From Macrostomum hystrix (lineage: Eukaryota > Animalia > Platyhelminthes): 64,000 bases of DNA. Numbering within the stretch: position 1 is the stretch's first letter; every line of letters starts with the position of its first letter. The stretch is taken from NCBI GenBank assembly GCA_950097015.1, contig CATNEN010000038.1, positions 10,230,001 through 10,294,000 of the forward strand, in the 5' to 3' direction. Of this stretch, positions 62,694 to 64,000 are shown piece by piece. Both the position numbers and the translations under genes were made by a program. The notes below the pieces were generated by a model. The model was given only the letters and a program-made list of their open reading frames with translations, ran no database searches and was not told the DNA's origin.

Positions 62694-63389
62694 GTTAATT
62701 ATTCCAAAATAGGCAAAAATGATAGCCAACATGAATAAATGATGAAAATTTGCGAGCAGAAAAATTATTTGCGTGCAGACACCCCGACGAGAATAGTTGA
62801 ATATCTTGACGATGTTCTGTGATTCTAGAAGACGTTTCATCGGATAGAGCAGAAAATTTTAGCTCTGCATTTTGCATTTGTTTTGCATTTTCATCGCGAT
62901 TGGTTGAATATTTTGGGAGATACGCCATGTTGCAGGCGCGCAGTGGCAGGTAAATAGTGAGTGAGAAGCCTCAGAGGATGGCAGTGCAGGAAGCTGGACT
63001 GTCAGGTTGGATGGGACGAGGTCGAGTCGGTTGAGTCGTAAGCGAGCGGGTCAAAGCCTGGGCTTCTCACGTTACAGGATGTCAGGTGTAATGAAGAATT
63101 CCCAATAGTAGGGAGCGGGCGGTTTGGCAACAGAAAAACCCGGCGGATGTTCTGTTTGATCTCAGCTAACCAACTCAGTTGCTAAGCATTCCCGCGTGAT
63201 GAAATTAAATACCTTTAGGACTACAAAAATTATGTTAGAAAGATGACTTTTACACACTTAATACCCAAATATGTTTACAACAATACAGGCAAAAATGCTT
63301 TGCTCTTTGAATAGATAACATATAACCTACCATATTTCATATAGGCTATTACTATTAGATCAGTTAGCTCTGCTTTCATCATTTAGTTA

Positions 63390-64000
63390 CTACTTACTAT
63401 TTGGCACTCCTCTCACCCTTTAGTTACTAGTTGGCACTCCTCTCACCCTTTAGTTACTAGTTGGCACTCCTCTCACCCTTTAGTTACTAGTTGGCACTCC
63501 TCTCACCCATTAGTTACTAGTTGGCACTCCTCTCACCCATTAGTTACTAGTTGGCACTCCTCTCACCCATTAGTTACTAGTTGGCACTCCTCTCACCCAT
63601 TAGTTACTAGTTGGCACTCCTCTCACCCATTAGTTAGTAGTTACTAGCTACTAATTGGCACTCCTCTCACCCTTTAGTTACTAGTTGGCACTCCTCTCAC
63701 CCTTTAGTTACTAGTTGGCACTCCTCTCACCCATTAGTTACTAGTTGGCACTCCTCTCACCCATTAGTTACTAGTTGGCACTCCTCTCACCCATTAGTTA
63801 CTAGTTGGCACTCCTCTCACCCATTAGTTACTAGTTGGCACTCCTCTCACCCATTAGTTAGTAGTTACTAGCTACTAATTGGCACTCCTCTCACCCTTTA
63901 GTTACTAGTTGGCACTCCTCTCACCCTTTAGTTACTAGTTGGCACTCCTCTCACCCATTAGTTACTAGTTGGCACTCCTCTCACCCATTAGTTAGTAGTT
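63390..64000. repeat. 30-bp minisatellite with higher-order block, runs off the window
   Basis: (tagttactagttggcactcctctcaccc[a/t]t)n. Confidence 0.96.

Overview
Intron-rich animal genomic DNA, not prokaryotic. The very high density of unrelated minisatellites and the GPCR type suggest a flatworm such as Macrostomum (inference only). About half of the window (~31 kb by my hand tally) is tandem repeat, in ~30 arrays with 4-135 bp units. All recognisable genes are on the minus strand. Spliced models were rebuilt by hand with GT-AG junctions and consistent phases: an 11-exon SLC5A5/6/8/12-type Na+/solute symporter (2941-10817), YKT6 (14510-16328), a Tektin-3/5-class gene (29362-37495), an intronless orphan rhodopsin-type GPCR (51485-52711) and a probable CCSER-like coiled-coil exon (59124-59562). 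Dispersed elements include two tRNA-derived SINE families and a hAT MITE with an 8-bp TSD. Most notable observations: (1) a pair of 86-nt paralogous, frame-incompatible (mutually exclusive) exons in the tektin gene, both missed by the ORF track; (2) several minisatellites whose units derive from internal segments of the local SINEs, so SINEs appear to seed satellites; (3) an intron almost entirely made of tandem copies of its own 3' splice junction; (4) a conserved structured SINE 3' domain containing the HDV-ribozyme P3/L3 14-mer in non-canonical order. The giant ORFs in the track are repeat artefacts.
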